A stretch of DNA of 62,650 nt, counting the filler, from Choristocarpus tenellus KU-1152 (Eukaryota; Protista; Phaeophyceae): NCBI GenBank assembly GCA_964200185.2. It is 13 parts of 13 records of this genome, joined end to end, with 100 filler letters (N's around TTAATTAATTAA, not from the genome) between each part and the next. Parts side by side here need not be neighbours in the genome. Positions count along the whole stretch, not along the records: positions 48,822 to 55,326 come from CAXNAD020007987.1; positions 55,427 to 59,884 come from CAXNAD020014462.1; positions 59,985 to 62,650 come from CAXNAD020025816.1; 10 more parts are not named here. One strand, 5' to 3'. Under the pieces are notes generated by a model, which saw nothing but the letters and a program-made list of their open reading frames with translations, did not search any database and had not been told where the DNA came from. Below, piece after piece: positions 50,650 to 62,650 of this stretch (position 1 is the stretch's first letter; each line of letters opens with the position of its first letter). The position numbers were made by a program, and so were the translations under genes.

Positions 50650-50853
50650 CAGGGCGCAGAAATCGAAATCTCGTGGAACCCCAGCGACACGGGCATGTCG
50701 GATGTTCTCCTCTCCAGGAAAATTAGCTTCAGACGCTCCCACTGACGATGTACGCTGTACTTCGATCGATGAGTCGAAATTTGCCCAGGAGGAAGACGGA
50801 AGAAAACATAAAACGAAAAACAACCGCACAAGCTTACGATCGCGCTGAGTCAT
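50650..50853 (-). CDS. Possible first exon of a secreted protein
   Basis: MTQRDRKLVRLFFVLCFLPSSSWA signal-like leader; TG/GTGAG donor. Confidence 0.35.
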
Positions 50854-52099
50854 ACCTCTTAAAATCCCTTAGGTCGCTTCTTCCTCTCTGAGCAAAAGAG
50901 CCCTGAATACCCTCTATCATAGAAAGGAATTGAGACAGGACGTAAATGAAAGAAGATACCACTAGATCTATTTTCCTATTATTTCATCAAATATCTTCCT
51001 TCCTCGTCTGTTAACTCAGTTGCTATGTGCAGGAAATATAGCTGTATCGAATCCCATCGACATTAGGCTTTCTTTTCACGAAAATCTGACCAGGATAATG
51101 CTATTCCACACACAATGAGGCATTGTGCGCTGAAGTAAAAACTGTACTACCCTATAAATTCTTCTGTTATATACCACGAAAATTCTGAACCAAGATCAAG
51201 ATGGAAAACTTAGGGACGGGCTCAACAAAAGATTTGAGGTAGGAGAATGAGGTAGGAGAGGATCGACAACGAGTGAGTGGTGGGAATGTTGGACCTGAGC
51301 GGCATGAACCAAGGCAGGAACGTAGGCTTCAAAAATGGGAAGTAGTGCAATAATTACTCAGTAGTTCGCGGTAGTTCGCATGACAAACAGTAGTGCAGTG
51401 TGTAAAACCACTGACCATAGATATCATGTCTCTGACCACAGGTCAGGATCATCCAAAACTAGTGCCTGGCAAATAAACAAGAAAAAAAAAAACTCGTTCT
51501 GGAAAGAGACGTGAGGGAGGGGGGGGTCACAACAACAGGATTCTTCGGGCATGTATTGTATTGGTAAGACGTATTATATGGACAAGACGTACTGAATAAC
51601 AACGGTGAGCACTTGTTGGTGTTTGCAGCGATGAATACACTTGTATTTGACAACACATCATTTTCAGTCTACCCAGACAACGGAAAGGGGTCCCATACGT
51701 ACTTACCTAGTCCCATGCGTACTTAACCGATCGCCGCCTGGTTCCGAAGATGAGGTGCACTTGGTTTGACAATGGGATAGGATCACCGTAACGCAATATA
51801 TCGGTATCGGTACGTCTCCTTTATCGTTTTTCTCCCGATCGTTGAATCCAATGGTTCCCACTTCCCCTATTTTCATTTCTTTTTAACGTGTAAGAAATTC
51901 CTCCAGACCATGTTCCTCCTTCCGCAATAAATCTTCACTCGCGTTGATGATTATCATCTACACTTGGCCCTGTCTCGGAACAACACTTAGAAAACTCAAG
52001 GTATTTTACTCAACAATTTGTTCCTTTCGATTCACTCATGCATATTCTTCTGGACGCAACCTTCAGACCCATTGTCTTAATCGAAAATTGCATGTTCCG

Positions 52100-54200
52100 T
52101 CAGTATAATTCATTCAATCTTCCAACCTAAATATGGATCTACAATCCTTTTGGAAGGACCCATTTAGTAACCCACAATTTTCATCCCTGCACTTGTGGAA
52201 GAAGACAAACACGAGATGCGACAGATGGCAAGGGACATATATTAATCAACCTGCAAGCCCTGTTGACTACACTACCCTTAAGGTCTGGACTAGCGATGAT
52301 GGCAGCTACTCAAAAAATCATCACAGCAGCGAGAGGCAGTGCCACACACAGATACTGTCGATGTACGTACCAATGTCAACAGTTTGGCATCTTCATACAC
52401 AGTTTATTTATTGGACACTGCCTCAGAAGTCCTTCCAACTCCTTCACGGAGGGTGCTGCGCAGATGGTGGTGTGCAAGTGACCAAGCTCAAGCAAACTTC
52501 TTGGAAGTCTTGGAGGAAAAGAGAAGAGTATGAAAACAACTGTGCACAGACCCCTAAAATGCCACATACAAGAAAGCGTCAAAGTAGGCTGGCTCAAACG
52601 GATGATGGTGACCGCCTTGCAGGAGTTTCTTGACACCTATATCAGGAAGATGGAAGTCCTTATTCAGCATGGGGACCAAGGTCGTTTTTACAACACCTGA
52701 AAGGTTTCCATGCCGAAAGAACCAAAGAGAGTGCTTATCTGCACATCCAAGATGAGTCTGAACAGCTACTCAGCGAGGAAGCCTCCGTCAAGAAATGGCG
52801 GAGGAGATACATAGTTCACGGTGCTCCTTACGATCTCCTTCAACATATTCTTCATTGCTGCAATGCAGGTGTGGCAATTAAGGAGTCCATATTTGACCCG
52901 GCCATCTCCAAGGACCTTTGTTTTTATCAGGGGAGTGGCCACAAACAACCCAATCAGTTGAGGAGGATTAATACTAGGGAGTGGGACAAAACTTGAGCGG
53001 TTATTCTGAGGTAATGCCTTATGCTGATGATGCGGTCATTGTTTCCAAGAACCATGGAGGTTTAGGCAGGATGGTGACAGTGCTTTTAAAGTTGGTCAGA
53101 TCATTTGGTTCGACTATATCAGCACTTATTAAAGTTGGAGACTATGTGTCTTTGCGCTCCTAATCAGAATGAAACCATACAGATTCGGGCACTGCGCCAG
53201 CCCTACAAGCCACCTGACAATCTTGTTTTGCTTGAGGGAACTATCAGAGACAATGCTACTATTACTACGAAGATCAACTGGAGGATTCAAAAAGCTTGGA
53301 GGTGTTCTCGAAAATTCAGCCAAGTTCTTTATGACAGGACCTCAGGTGTTTCACATTGAGCTTAGAGTCAAAGTAAACGAGAGTTCTATTTTAAGGATGC
53401 TGACAAACATATTCAAAATTCGTCTTTTTAAAGAAATGTGTGTAAGATATTTTCTGAATTGTGCGGGAGGTTTCCAAAATAGAGAAAAAAACACTCTAAA
53501 GTCAAGCTTAGAACCTCATCCATAGAAATATGGTTGAATTGGAAAAGATTGAAAAGAGACTTGAAATGCAGATCGACCAAATCCTGGGTACCTCTCGTTT
53601 ACTTTGGCCCTTAATCAAGATTCGAATACTCGAAGCTGAAGTACTCGAAGTTCTGTTGTATGTTTGTATGATGTGAATACTTCACCAGGCTCATTATCTG
53701 AAGTTCCACTCACTTCATTAAAAATTCCTCCTCTGCTGCATATGTTTCCCCAAATGGGAACGCACTGGCCATGTCCTATCCCACAAAGATGCTCCTATGA
53801 AAACTAGGTGCCGAGAATATCGAAGCAACAGTGTACAAGCGGAGGCTCTTGCTTGATGGGTCAGTTGCTCGCACGATGAGGGATGAGTGACTTCCCGATA
53901 TAACATTACTTTTTTTGGGATGTTACAATAAATAATTGAAAACGGAAGTAGGGTTGGTAGGAGAAGAACTAGTGGACATTTCTCCAAGACATCTTGACAA
54001 GTTTGGGATTGGAGATGAGGGTTGGTGCACAAGAGTCACTAACCAACAGGAGAGGTATGAGTGTGTGGCCAATGGCACAACGAATTCATTCATGGCCAAA
54101 TGGCATTCCAAAGAAGCTATGATAGGCTATGTATGCCACACCAAAGCCGCAGGTAAGGTCGCCCAAACTACCAACAATACATTATCTCCCGATGTCTGTT
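52100..54200 (+). mobile_element. Degenerate RTE-like LINE (RT and C-terminus)
   Basis: MPYADDAVIVS, KLETMCL, INWRIQKAWRC, IKIRILEAEVLEVLLY, LDKFGI..GW. Confidence 0.85.
53365..53610 (+). mobile_element. MITE family C inserted in the LINE
   Basis: TIR GAGTCAAAGTAAACGAGAG / CTCTCGTTTACTTTGGCCC; TSD TTA/TTA; LINE motif resumes after it. Confidence 0.85.
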
Positions 54201-55043
54201 GGGATATTGTTTTCTTTGTGGGCTTACTCTCTTGCATCTTTTGATCGTACTCTTTCTTCTTTTTTCCTTCATTTTTTGGGATCATCGCTATTTTTTTCTC
54301 CAATGCAAAGTATGAATACTCGAGAACAAATAGATCTCATTTATAAGTAGTTCACATAGTTATCAATAACTGCTGTTGCTGCTTCAATCCTTCTCAAGTA
54401 GAATAACACGTCACTTAGTCGGGCCATAACAAATGATAAAAGAGATGATGATAACGACTGAGTTCTTCGATGAGAGGTATGCCAACGAGTCTCTTCGCCT
54501 AAAAGCACACCACCAGGTCTAGGAGGATGCTCACATGCTCGGGGGGCTTAGACCTGTTTTTTATGTGGCACTGCTAACACGTGAGCTTTATGGGATCGGT
54601 GGTGGCCACTCTTCCTACCCTTCTAGCCAGACAGAGAGAACCCCATGGAGAGGACTTCACGCAGCCCATTTGTACAAGTTCCACAGCGACCAGCATGAAA
54701 TCACAAGTATACTCATTAGGATTCGCTTTGACTCTTTCAAGATACAACTGGCCAGCCTTCCTGCAACTCCAGAGGAACAAGGAAGAGAAGTTTTCTCACT
54801 GGCTCGATCTAACCTGCCACAAGAGTCAGTGTGGGCAAGAGGACAATGTATGGGCCACCACACAGTCCCTGGAATCAACATACCAGATTCCCACCATGGA
54901 GTTCCTCAGTCTCACCACCAGCAGGTCTGTAGAGAGTTAAGAGATATTGTCCAATAATATGTGCCTGTTGGCCGGGTGCAGGAGGCAACATGTGGACACC
55001 AGACACGCACGCACCTGTCCTAGGTCGGGAGGACAAGGTCATC

Positions 55044-55115
55044 AGCACACACCACCAATGAATGGTGGAGCGGTTAGGTCAGTATCCCCTCCACCATTCA
55101 TTGATGGTGTGTGCT
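55044..55115. ncRNA. Candidate miRNA-like hairpin
   Basis: 27-bp stem with one mismatch: AGCACACACCACCAATGAATGGTGGAG / CTCCACCATTCATTGATGGTGTGTGCT. Confidence 0.4.
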
Positions 55116-55950
55116 AAATCTGCAAGGTAATGAGCATCCTTTACAGACTGGGGGGATGGCAGCCTGTTCATGGTGAATAGGAACTTTCACATGGATGTGG
55201 TGTTCTATGCGGCGGGTCTATCGGAGACTGACTTAGTCCCCCATCGGGATAAGGGCCTACTTCTATTGAAGGGACGAGGAGAGGAGAGGGGGGGGGAGAG
55301 TGGCGACGAAAGGGAGGACAACACCGNNNNNNNNNNNNNNNNNNNNNNNNNNNNNNNNNNNNNNNNNNNNTTAATTAATTAANNNNNNNNNNNNNNNNNN
55401 NNNNNNNNNNNNNNNNNNNNNNNNNNAAAAAAGAGTTGTTTGACCGAAACGGACGCCCCCTCACAAACCACCCCCCCCCCCAAGATACATTGACCCAGCT
55501 CTGACATGGACAGATGAGGTATGCCTGGGATGTACGTTTCAGGATATGCTGACCAAAAATCATTTGTACAGAGACACCATACTTAGGAGGTTATGGATTT
55601 TGAAATCCTTGCCGTCTATGTATATACTACATAGGATATATAGTGTAATAAGAAAAATTGCAGGAACTCACATCAATCCACACGAGTCATCCTTGGGTGT
55701 GGAAAAAAAAAGGAAAGTTACTGTACCAAACATACGCTGCCATCAATCATAATATCCTCTCTCTAATTCGTGAACATGTGGCCCACGCACTAGCCTTGCG
55801 AAAACACGACACATCAAACTAAACAATGAAAGCGTGCCTTCTCACTACTCTGCTAGTCTTGAACGCCTCTGATGGTATTATATGGTTGATGCTACCATGG
55901 CGTAGACGACAGATATTGCCACAAGGATTGAACCTAACCAATCAAATAAC

Positions 55951-57790
55951 TCAAATCCTCCCCCCACACCTTGGGCAGGTATGTGTGGCGGAGTGAGTCT
56001 GTGACGAGGCAACGTAATACCTGCACAAGGAGCATGCTGTTGACCCCACCTGAGGATCGCGTGGTGTCATGCCCTTATCCCACCCCAGCCTGTCTCTCCC
56101 TACTGTCACCATACCCTGGGACAGTGAGAGATGGTGAACTTCTTGTTCAGGTTCGAGGCAGGTGAAGGTAGTTGGACTACCTAATTGGCTGAAGAGTTCT
56201 TTGCTTCCTACACCAAACTTCAAAAAATAAATGCCTCTCCTCTTGCAGGAAAGATTTAAGTCTTCATTATCATCGCTACAATCGTCAAGCCAATCAGGAG
56301 GGGCAACAGTTTGACTAGGGGATGATGGTACAGGAGCAATAGTTCGCTGGTTTTGATGTGCTTGCTGACTGTTGGTCTTGTACGAAGAGAAGTTCCTCCT
56401 TGTAGCAGGGAAGCCAGACTTGCTCTTTTCCATGTTGATGATGCGGTTGTTGCCTTGTAGGGAGTCCCATGAGCCCTACCCAGAAAGGACCAATGCTACC
56501 ATCTCTCGAATTACAGGGTTGTGCATGCCCTCCATGTAGAGGTCATTGTTGCAAATAGTGTTGCCCACACAGAGGCACTCCTCAGGCAACACTTTATCTC
56601 TGCCTGTCATGTGATATAAAACAATGGAAGTTAGTGCAGCGGGGACCTTACTGACAGATAACTTGGATCGCGCCAAATGCCGCACCGAGGTGTTGCTGAA
56701 TTGTCCCTGAATCCCCAGCTCCTTGGCATAATGGCCAATGCACTTGATGGGTGAAGAAGCCTTATCCACGGGTTGGCAGGAGAAACACGGGAGAGAATCC
56801 GCGTCAATTGTGAGGGTGTTTCGATCAGTTGAGGTGCGTGTTGTCTTAAGGAAGAGGCGGTCCACTGCGCCCCAAGGTCGACGGGACATCAGTACAGCGA
56901 AGAGACGTGCGAAGCGTAGCCCTGTGAAGAGGCATCTTAGCTTCCTGTTCGGATTCTTGCTGGTACGAGTGTTACTTCTGATGTAGCACTTCCTGTGATA
57001 TGACCGTGTGAGCTCATAGAAGTACTCCCCCTGAAAAAACATATCGACAGCAACGACAGCATGTAATAAAAAGTGATGCCAGTGTAGCAATATACAAATT
57101 TACTTATACGGCCATAATATCACAATCACTAGGTTGGAGGGAAAATGCATTGCAATGTGCAGTCAAAAGTTTGTGCCAATGAAAAGAAATGGGCGTCCAA
57201 GTGCAGAAACCAAGGAGAGTTAAGATGTGCTTACATTTCTGTTAAAGTAGTAGTACTTCCCACCAGGAAACAACGTGAAGTCCAAGACCTTGATATTCAC
57301 AGTTTCTGCCAAACCCCTGCTGCCTCCGTAGTAGAGGAGTTCCTGCACCATCCCTTCAGTAACATGAATGATGAACAATATTAATATTCTTGATCTTTCT
57401 TGCTTGACGCATCTTTTCATCTGTCAGCACTCGTATTCGTTCAAAATCCTTGTTGTTGAGGGCATCTACTTTGAGTGAAGCTCTCTCTATTCCTAGCCCT
57501 TGATTCTCTTGGTTGATTTGTACTCGCACATCGACCGCCTCATAAACCCTCTTAAGGGACGGATGTGTACCGTTGAGCTTTCACTTTGGACTCTTGCAAC
57601 GCCTCCATGAACATGGCATCAGTGTCAAAGGGCAGTTGGTACTTATTACGGTATGTCAGCAAAGACCCCGCATAGTTGACCATGGTTCGACCAGCAACGT
57701 ACGACCCATCATAGCCCTCACCCATGTATGGAGTCCGGTGTGCCAGAGCAAATGCTTGGAGGACAGTGCTCACCTCCGATGTCTGCATGT
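55951..57790 (-). mobile_element. Crypton-like tyrosine recombinase (DUF3504-type) pseudogene with an intron at ~57031-57231
   Basis: LQAFALAHR...YVAGRTMVNY (N-terminal binding domain); GLGIERASLKVDAL; YYGGSRGLAE (catalytic R); RTSKN; SRRP...RLFL; GIQGQFSNTSVRHLARSKL; HMTG; frameshifted. Confidence 0.75.
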
Positions 57791-57799
57791 TACCTTACC

Positions 57800-58056
57800 G
57801 AGTAAACGTATCTTAGAGGGTACGAGTTTTTCCCTGTTTGTCCATTTCAGGATTGACTTCCCACGTTTTATTTTACAATTTACCTACTCCAAAATGTTTC
57901 AGAGTAGGTAAAATATATACGTTATGAAAAGGTGTATCCGGAACAAGGATACTGACACTTCCAAACACACACGATACCCAAAATTACATCAAAATTGCAA
58001 CATTGGATTTTGGCCCCCAAATGGACGCGGCTCTACCCTCTAAGATAATTTGACTC
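57800..58056 (-). mobile_element. MITE family A, full length, inserted at the 5' side of the Crypton coding region
   Basis: Both TIRs; TSD TACC/TACC. Confidence 0.9.
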
Positions 58057-59152
58057 TACCCAATGGCCAGGCATAGTGGAACTGATCCCCACTTCGTGCA
58101 GATGTCTTGCAGTCCCGGCACATGATTGAAAACAGGAGATATCTTTGATTTGCCCTGGGTCTAAGAGGAAAAAGGGAGATCATGAGCAATGCAGAGGCAG
58201 CAAGGTCCGACTAAAACAATGATACTACATAGTATATCCGTAAGGAGGGAAACTTTGTACTTGATGGGGTGGGCAGAAACATTTTCAACAGCAATCCAAA
58301 AATACCCCAACAGGGAAGCTTACACTCTTAGGGAGTGATGTGGTATCAACACTTCACTTGTACCAGTTTATATGCAGAATTCAGTATACTTGGATGAATA
58401 TTCAAGATTTGAACACAATTGGACAAAAACACCTGATCCACTACCGTCCCCCCAAAGTGGCACGCCGTCTACACTGCGGTCATAAATCCTGCTGGGGTCC
58501 TACATATATTCTTATGGATGGAGTTGCAAGTGGTACCTCCAGGGCACCTTAAGTCTTCAACACGAATTTCCCCATTCCCAGCGTCAAAGGGGAGGAGAAT
58601 AAACCCACCCTCCCGCCTGTAAATCTGGCTGCTGCAACCACCGTATGTCTTGCTACAGCTTTCCTTAGTTGATGATCTACTTATATTAGTTATCTACCTC
58701 CACCTTCACATTTCGGGATGCCTCCCTGCCTTGTGATACGAGAGCTGATGATGGCTCTGAATAGGCCGGAGGAGCAGCACTAGAAGATGGAAAATCGGGA
58801 TCTGGTCTCCCAGAAATATCACCTCTCACACATAGTTTATCCGTGCAATTCGCTCTGATTTCCCAAACACGCCAGTCTCCCGTTGGCAACCATGTGCTGG
58901 ATGTCGTCAGGTTGTCGCCGCTTTTTAAGAGATAGAAGATGCCTCTTTTGCAATTCCCAATGCAGATGGGTTGATCGGGGAATCGAGCCTTCCTACGTTG
59001 CATAGGTCCTGCGTCTCCCTATCCCTGTCTCTACGCTTCTCGCTTTTATTGCTCTGAGACTGTTCTCCCAAGCCTATTGGGATAGAATCCTACGATTCTT
59101 AGAAATATGTCCATTTGATATCTCGAGTATATTCTCAAACCTCTAGTTCCTA

Positions 59153-59405
59153 TTCCTAGTTGTTGACCTTCGATAGTGTAACAACAAAATAAATCCACAC
59201 CTCTTGGTTGGAATAAGTCTCTACTTTTTCCTTACATTTCGGAGATAGGCGAGGGGTGAGGGGAAACGACACCAAAACTTCCTAGTTGTTGACCTTCGAT
59301 AATGTAACAACAAAATAAATCCACACCTCTTGGTTGGAATAAGTCTCTACTTTTTCCTTACATTTCGGAGATAGGCGAGGGGTGAGGGGAAACGACACCA
59401 AAACT
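59153..59405. repeat. 126-bp near-perfect tandem duplication
   Basis: TTCCTAGTTGTTGACCTTCGAT...GACACCAAAACT twice. Confidence 0.95.
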
Positions 59406-59455
59406 ACATAAATACCTATTATTATCACTTCTAACATTTGGAATTCGTCCATTTC

Positions 59456-59884
59456 TATAGTATGTATGATAATGAGTTGGAAGGTCTACGAATGATCCGT
59501 AATAATTAATAATTATGAATTCTAACATATTCACTAAAAAAAAAAAAAAAGCACAACAACTCCAACAATTTTTATTATTCTACCTTGAACATTTTGAAGA
59601 TATATCCAGGAAAAAACAGTGAAAACCATCTATGTCAGTTGTTTGTTTCATACATTTCTTGAGAGGTGCGTGAGAACCAAACACTCAAATTTATGTCATA
59701 CAGACGCCTTGTATTGTACACACAAATACCTCCCAATATCACCATTCATACCATTCCACCGTAACGTCTAACCCTCGCAAGTATAGTATGTATGATAATG
59801 AGTTGGAAGGTCTACGAATGATCCGTAATAATTAATAATTATGAATTCTAACATATTCACTGAAAAAAAAAAAAAAAAAAAAAA
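59456..59884 (+). repeat. Two copies of an ~80-bp unit followed by poly(A) (59456-59550, 59782-59884)
   Basis: TATAGTATGTATGATAATGAGTTGG...ACATATTCACT-A(n). Confidence 0.85.
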
Positions 59885-60012
59885 NNNNNNNNNNNNNNNN
59901 NNNNNNNNNNNNNNNNNNNNNNNNNNNNTTAATTAATTAANNNNNNNNNNNNNNNNNNNNNNNNNNNNNNNNNNNNNNNNNNNNCCGTCATAAAGAAAAA
60001 CACAGGATAGTA

Positions 60013-60189
60013 GGGGGGGGGGGGAGGGGGATGGGGGTCTACACCAGGGTGTCCATTTGGGCCAAAATTAGGAAAAGTGTATTTACATTATCTATCCAAC
60101 GTATGCAACCAAATCACCCAAAAAACGCGACATGAAAAACTCGACCCCAAAAGGACAGCCACCACTACCACCCCCAGATATTTTGAGCC
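60013..60189 (-). mobile_element. MITE family B
   Basis: polyG-TCTACACCAGGGTGTCC...CCCAGATATTTTGAGCC. Confidence 0.8.
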
Positions 60190-62650
60190 AATTCCATCAA
60201 CATCTTCAAACGCTATGGACAACACGGCACAGACTTATGGCACAGAGGTGGTAGTATTGTAAATGATTTGGAAAAGAAATGACGAAAAGTACAGTAGTAC
60301 TTCATACTAGGCGCAACCGAACCACTACATAATGGTACCAAGAGATACTCCTTAATTTCATTATGTGGTTCTCCACCCTCTTGCAACCCAAACCATGCAA
60401 GGAGACCTGGCGGTTACATCTAACGACTGAAGCACCTTCAAAATGCTTTCAACTTGACCTAATTGGATGCATTACGTGATAGGATTGTGAGGGGAACCCA
60501 TTCGAGTCCGCTTCCTGACATAATTCCCTTAGGTTTATCTTAGGTTTAGGTTTGGGTTATTTCTACACCTTAAAATATTCTGAGCTTGGTTGTCGATGTC
60601 TCCCAGATTCCATGCCACCTGACTGATCTGTAGAACCTACGCACTATCAAAACTCACATTTGCCTCCAGCTGTACCTCTTTGTGGCGCTGTACTTGTATA
60701 GAGATTCTTAAAGAGAATATCATTACTTCAAGAAATATGTCATTTCCGCAAAACAGGATTGCCTTATTGCTTTGCCCCGGAAAATAACACCCCCTGCAAG
60801 TATCCATGCCATATTTCCTGACTCATTCTCAGTAATAAACAGGACAATGACAACAACTGGAATGGTGGCACTGGCACAACTGCACAAGAAGGAGCACTGG
60901 TGCCAAGACACACCGTGGGCGAGTCCTGCTTGACCTAAACATTATTAAGGATGTAGCAGAGGGTGCAGGTCCCTTGCTGCCCCTCCTGAGGGAATTAAGA
61001 ATCCAGTTATGATGGGAGTGATGATATGGTCTACTCCAATGGTGTCCACGCCAGGAGTTCCTAGGATGTCGGCGTGAGTGGTGCTGCAGGTAGTCGACAC
61101 CCCAACATCGTGAGCTCTTGGGCGATGGGTTCTCAAGGGGAAGGGAGGAGGGTGGGTGGACAGGGCTCTCGACAAAGGGTGAAGGGTGCAGAGCAGGCTC
61201 TAATTGCCGCCAAGACCAGGGCGAAGTGGAATTTGAAACTGTTACAGGGAGTGATCACTGTTTTTAGCACACTCATGCAGGTATGAATACAGGAGGAAGA
61301 TGTGATTGGTTATAATGTGAAACGTGCTCGCAACCTATTGATAGAGAGGTCTGAGAGTATGAGATCAGCATATCAATCAGCCTAAAGACGAGGCGAGAGG
61401 TATAAGTGGCCAGCATATATATCTCAATTATCTTGTATAAAACAGAGGATACTCGGAATGGGGATACGAGGAGCAAGCACTATACGGATGTCAATAAACG
61501 GTTTGACTAGCGTTGTGATTCGACATTGCTATACGGGTGTTATATGATGATTTGATCACCACTTCAATGCGTGAAAACAACACCGCGTGTTACTTGATCA
61601 AAATCAACACAGCAAATGACGAGATCAAGTGTGTGCACCCATTCTACTTCCTCAATTCTGACATCGATTGGAATATTGTTCACGACGACTACAATATTCC
61701 AAGTGGACAACTCGGACGGATGATGTTGGTGGCTCAACTCTCCTAAAACGATACGAAATGACTGTACAGTCATTACATCATGTCGGGGGGATCATGTCAC
61801 ACGAAATAAAATAAAATAAATAACATGTATGGCTCACCTTGAAGTCTCCATCTCTTACCTGGTGATAGACTTGAATTTTCAATTTTTTTTTTTTCTGTTT
61901 TAGGATGAGGTTAGTCATTTCATGATGATCAATAATCAGTTCATGAAAACGTGACATGATGTAATGAACAGCCACCTTCAGCACACAAGTGCTAATGTAT
62001 TCATGTGCCCAGTGATACGGTCTCTTCGCCACTGCATGTGTCCACTCATGCAAACAAGGAGAATTGAGAGATAAAATTAAATGTATTATTAATTTATCTA
62101 AATCCACCAACATTTTTGCATAGTCTAAATAAACCTGATAAACACGAGATGCCAAGTCAGAGCTGGATGTGAACAGGTTAACTGAAATCTGTTACCAGTT
62201 ATCTCATCTCTTCACAAAACGATAGAATACCCATCTACGACAAAATGACACACAATCGATTTGTCTAAGCTAGATGGACAACCTATCTAAAGGATTATAG
62301 TATTTGGGTACCATGAGATCTGGCCAAGGGACACTAGACTTAAAAAATAAGTACATAAACACCCAATTAAACTAACAAAAATTGGCAATGATCTGTACCA
62401 CACATACACACGATAATCTCTCTACTGAAACGATAGGTTAGAACTTGACGGTAATACATGATATACAGACTATGCAAAGGAGTATGATAACAGTAAATAT
62501 GAATTCTCAAGCCAACACCACGAGGGACGAGAATTTACTGGTTATCCAATCCATTTACTGCACGATAGGCTGCAATCATTTCACGGCATTGTGGGATCTG
62601 CTCTATTCTTTTGTGAAGACCACCAGACGGTCCATAGCCACAAAGACGAA

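Overview
Eukaryotic nuclear DNA, most likely from a photosynthetic stramenopile such as a brown alga. This is inferred from intron-rich genes, a bipartite signal plus 'SAF' plastid-targeting leader, and TTAGGG-type repeats. The window is 13 short contigs (about 3-7 kb) joined by artificial 100-bp spacers (N44-TTAATTAATTAA-N44), so adjacency across gaps is unproven. Host genes are seen only as partial exon chains: an RNI-like LRR protein, proteasome subunit alpha-6 (PSMA1-type), a plastid PAP/fibrillin protein and a few unknowns. Most of the sequence is transposon debris: Ty1/copia, Ty3/gypsy, RTE-like LINEs, Tc1/mariner elements (one full-length, one foldback), a spliced Crypton-type (DUF3504) tyrosine recombinase pseudogene, and three related MITE families (here A, B, C) with shared G(A/G)NYCAAAGTA-like termini. 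Notable observations are the MITE trio with 3-4 bp TSDs and a probable Sola-like transposase remnant, MITE-B inserted twice at the same site of MITE-A, the Crypton, two long foldbacks (one with telomeric repeats at its centre), a miRNA-like hairpin, a 77-bp satellite with a 230-bp higher-order repeat, and split or half tRNA relics. I found no CRISPR array or other prokaryote-type system.
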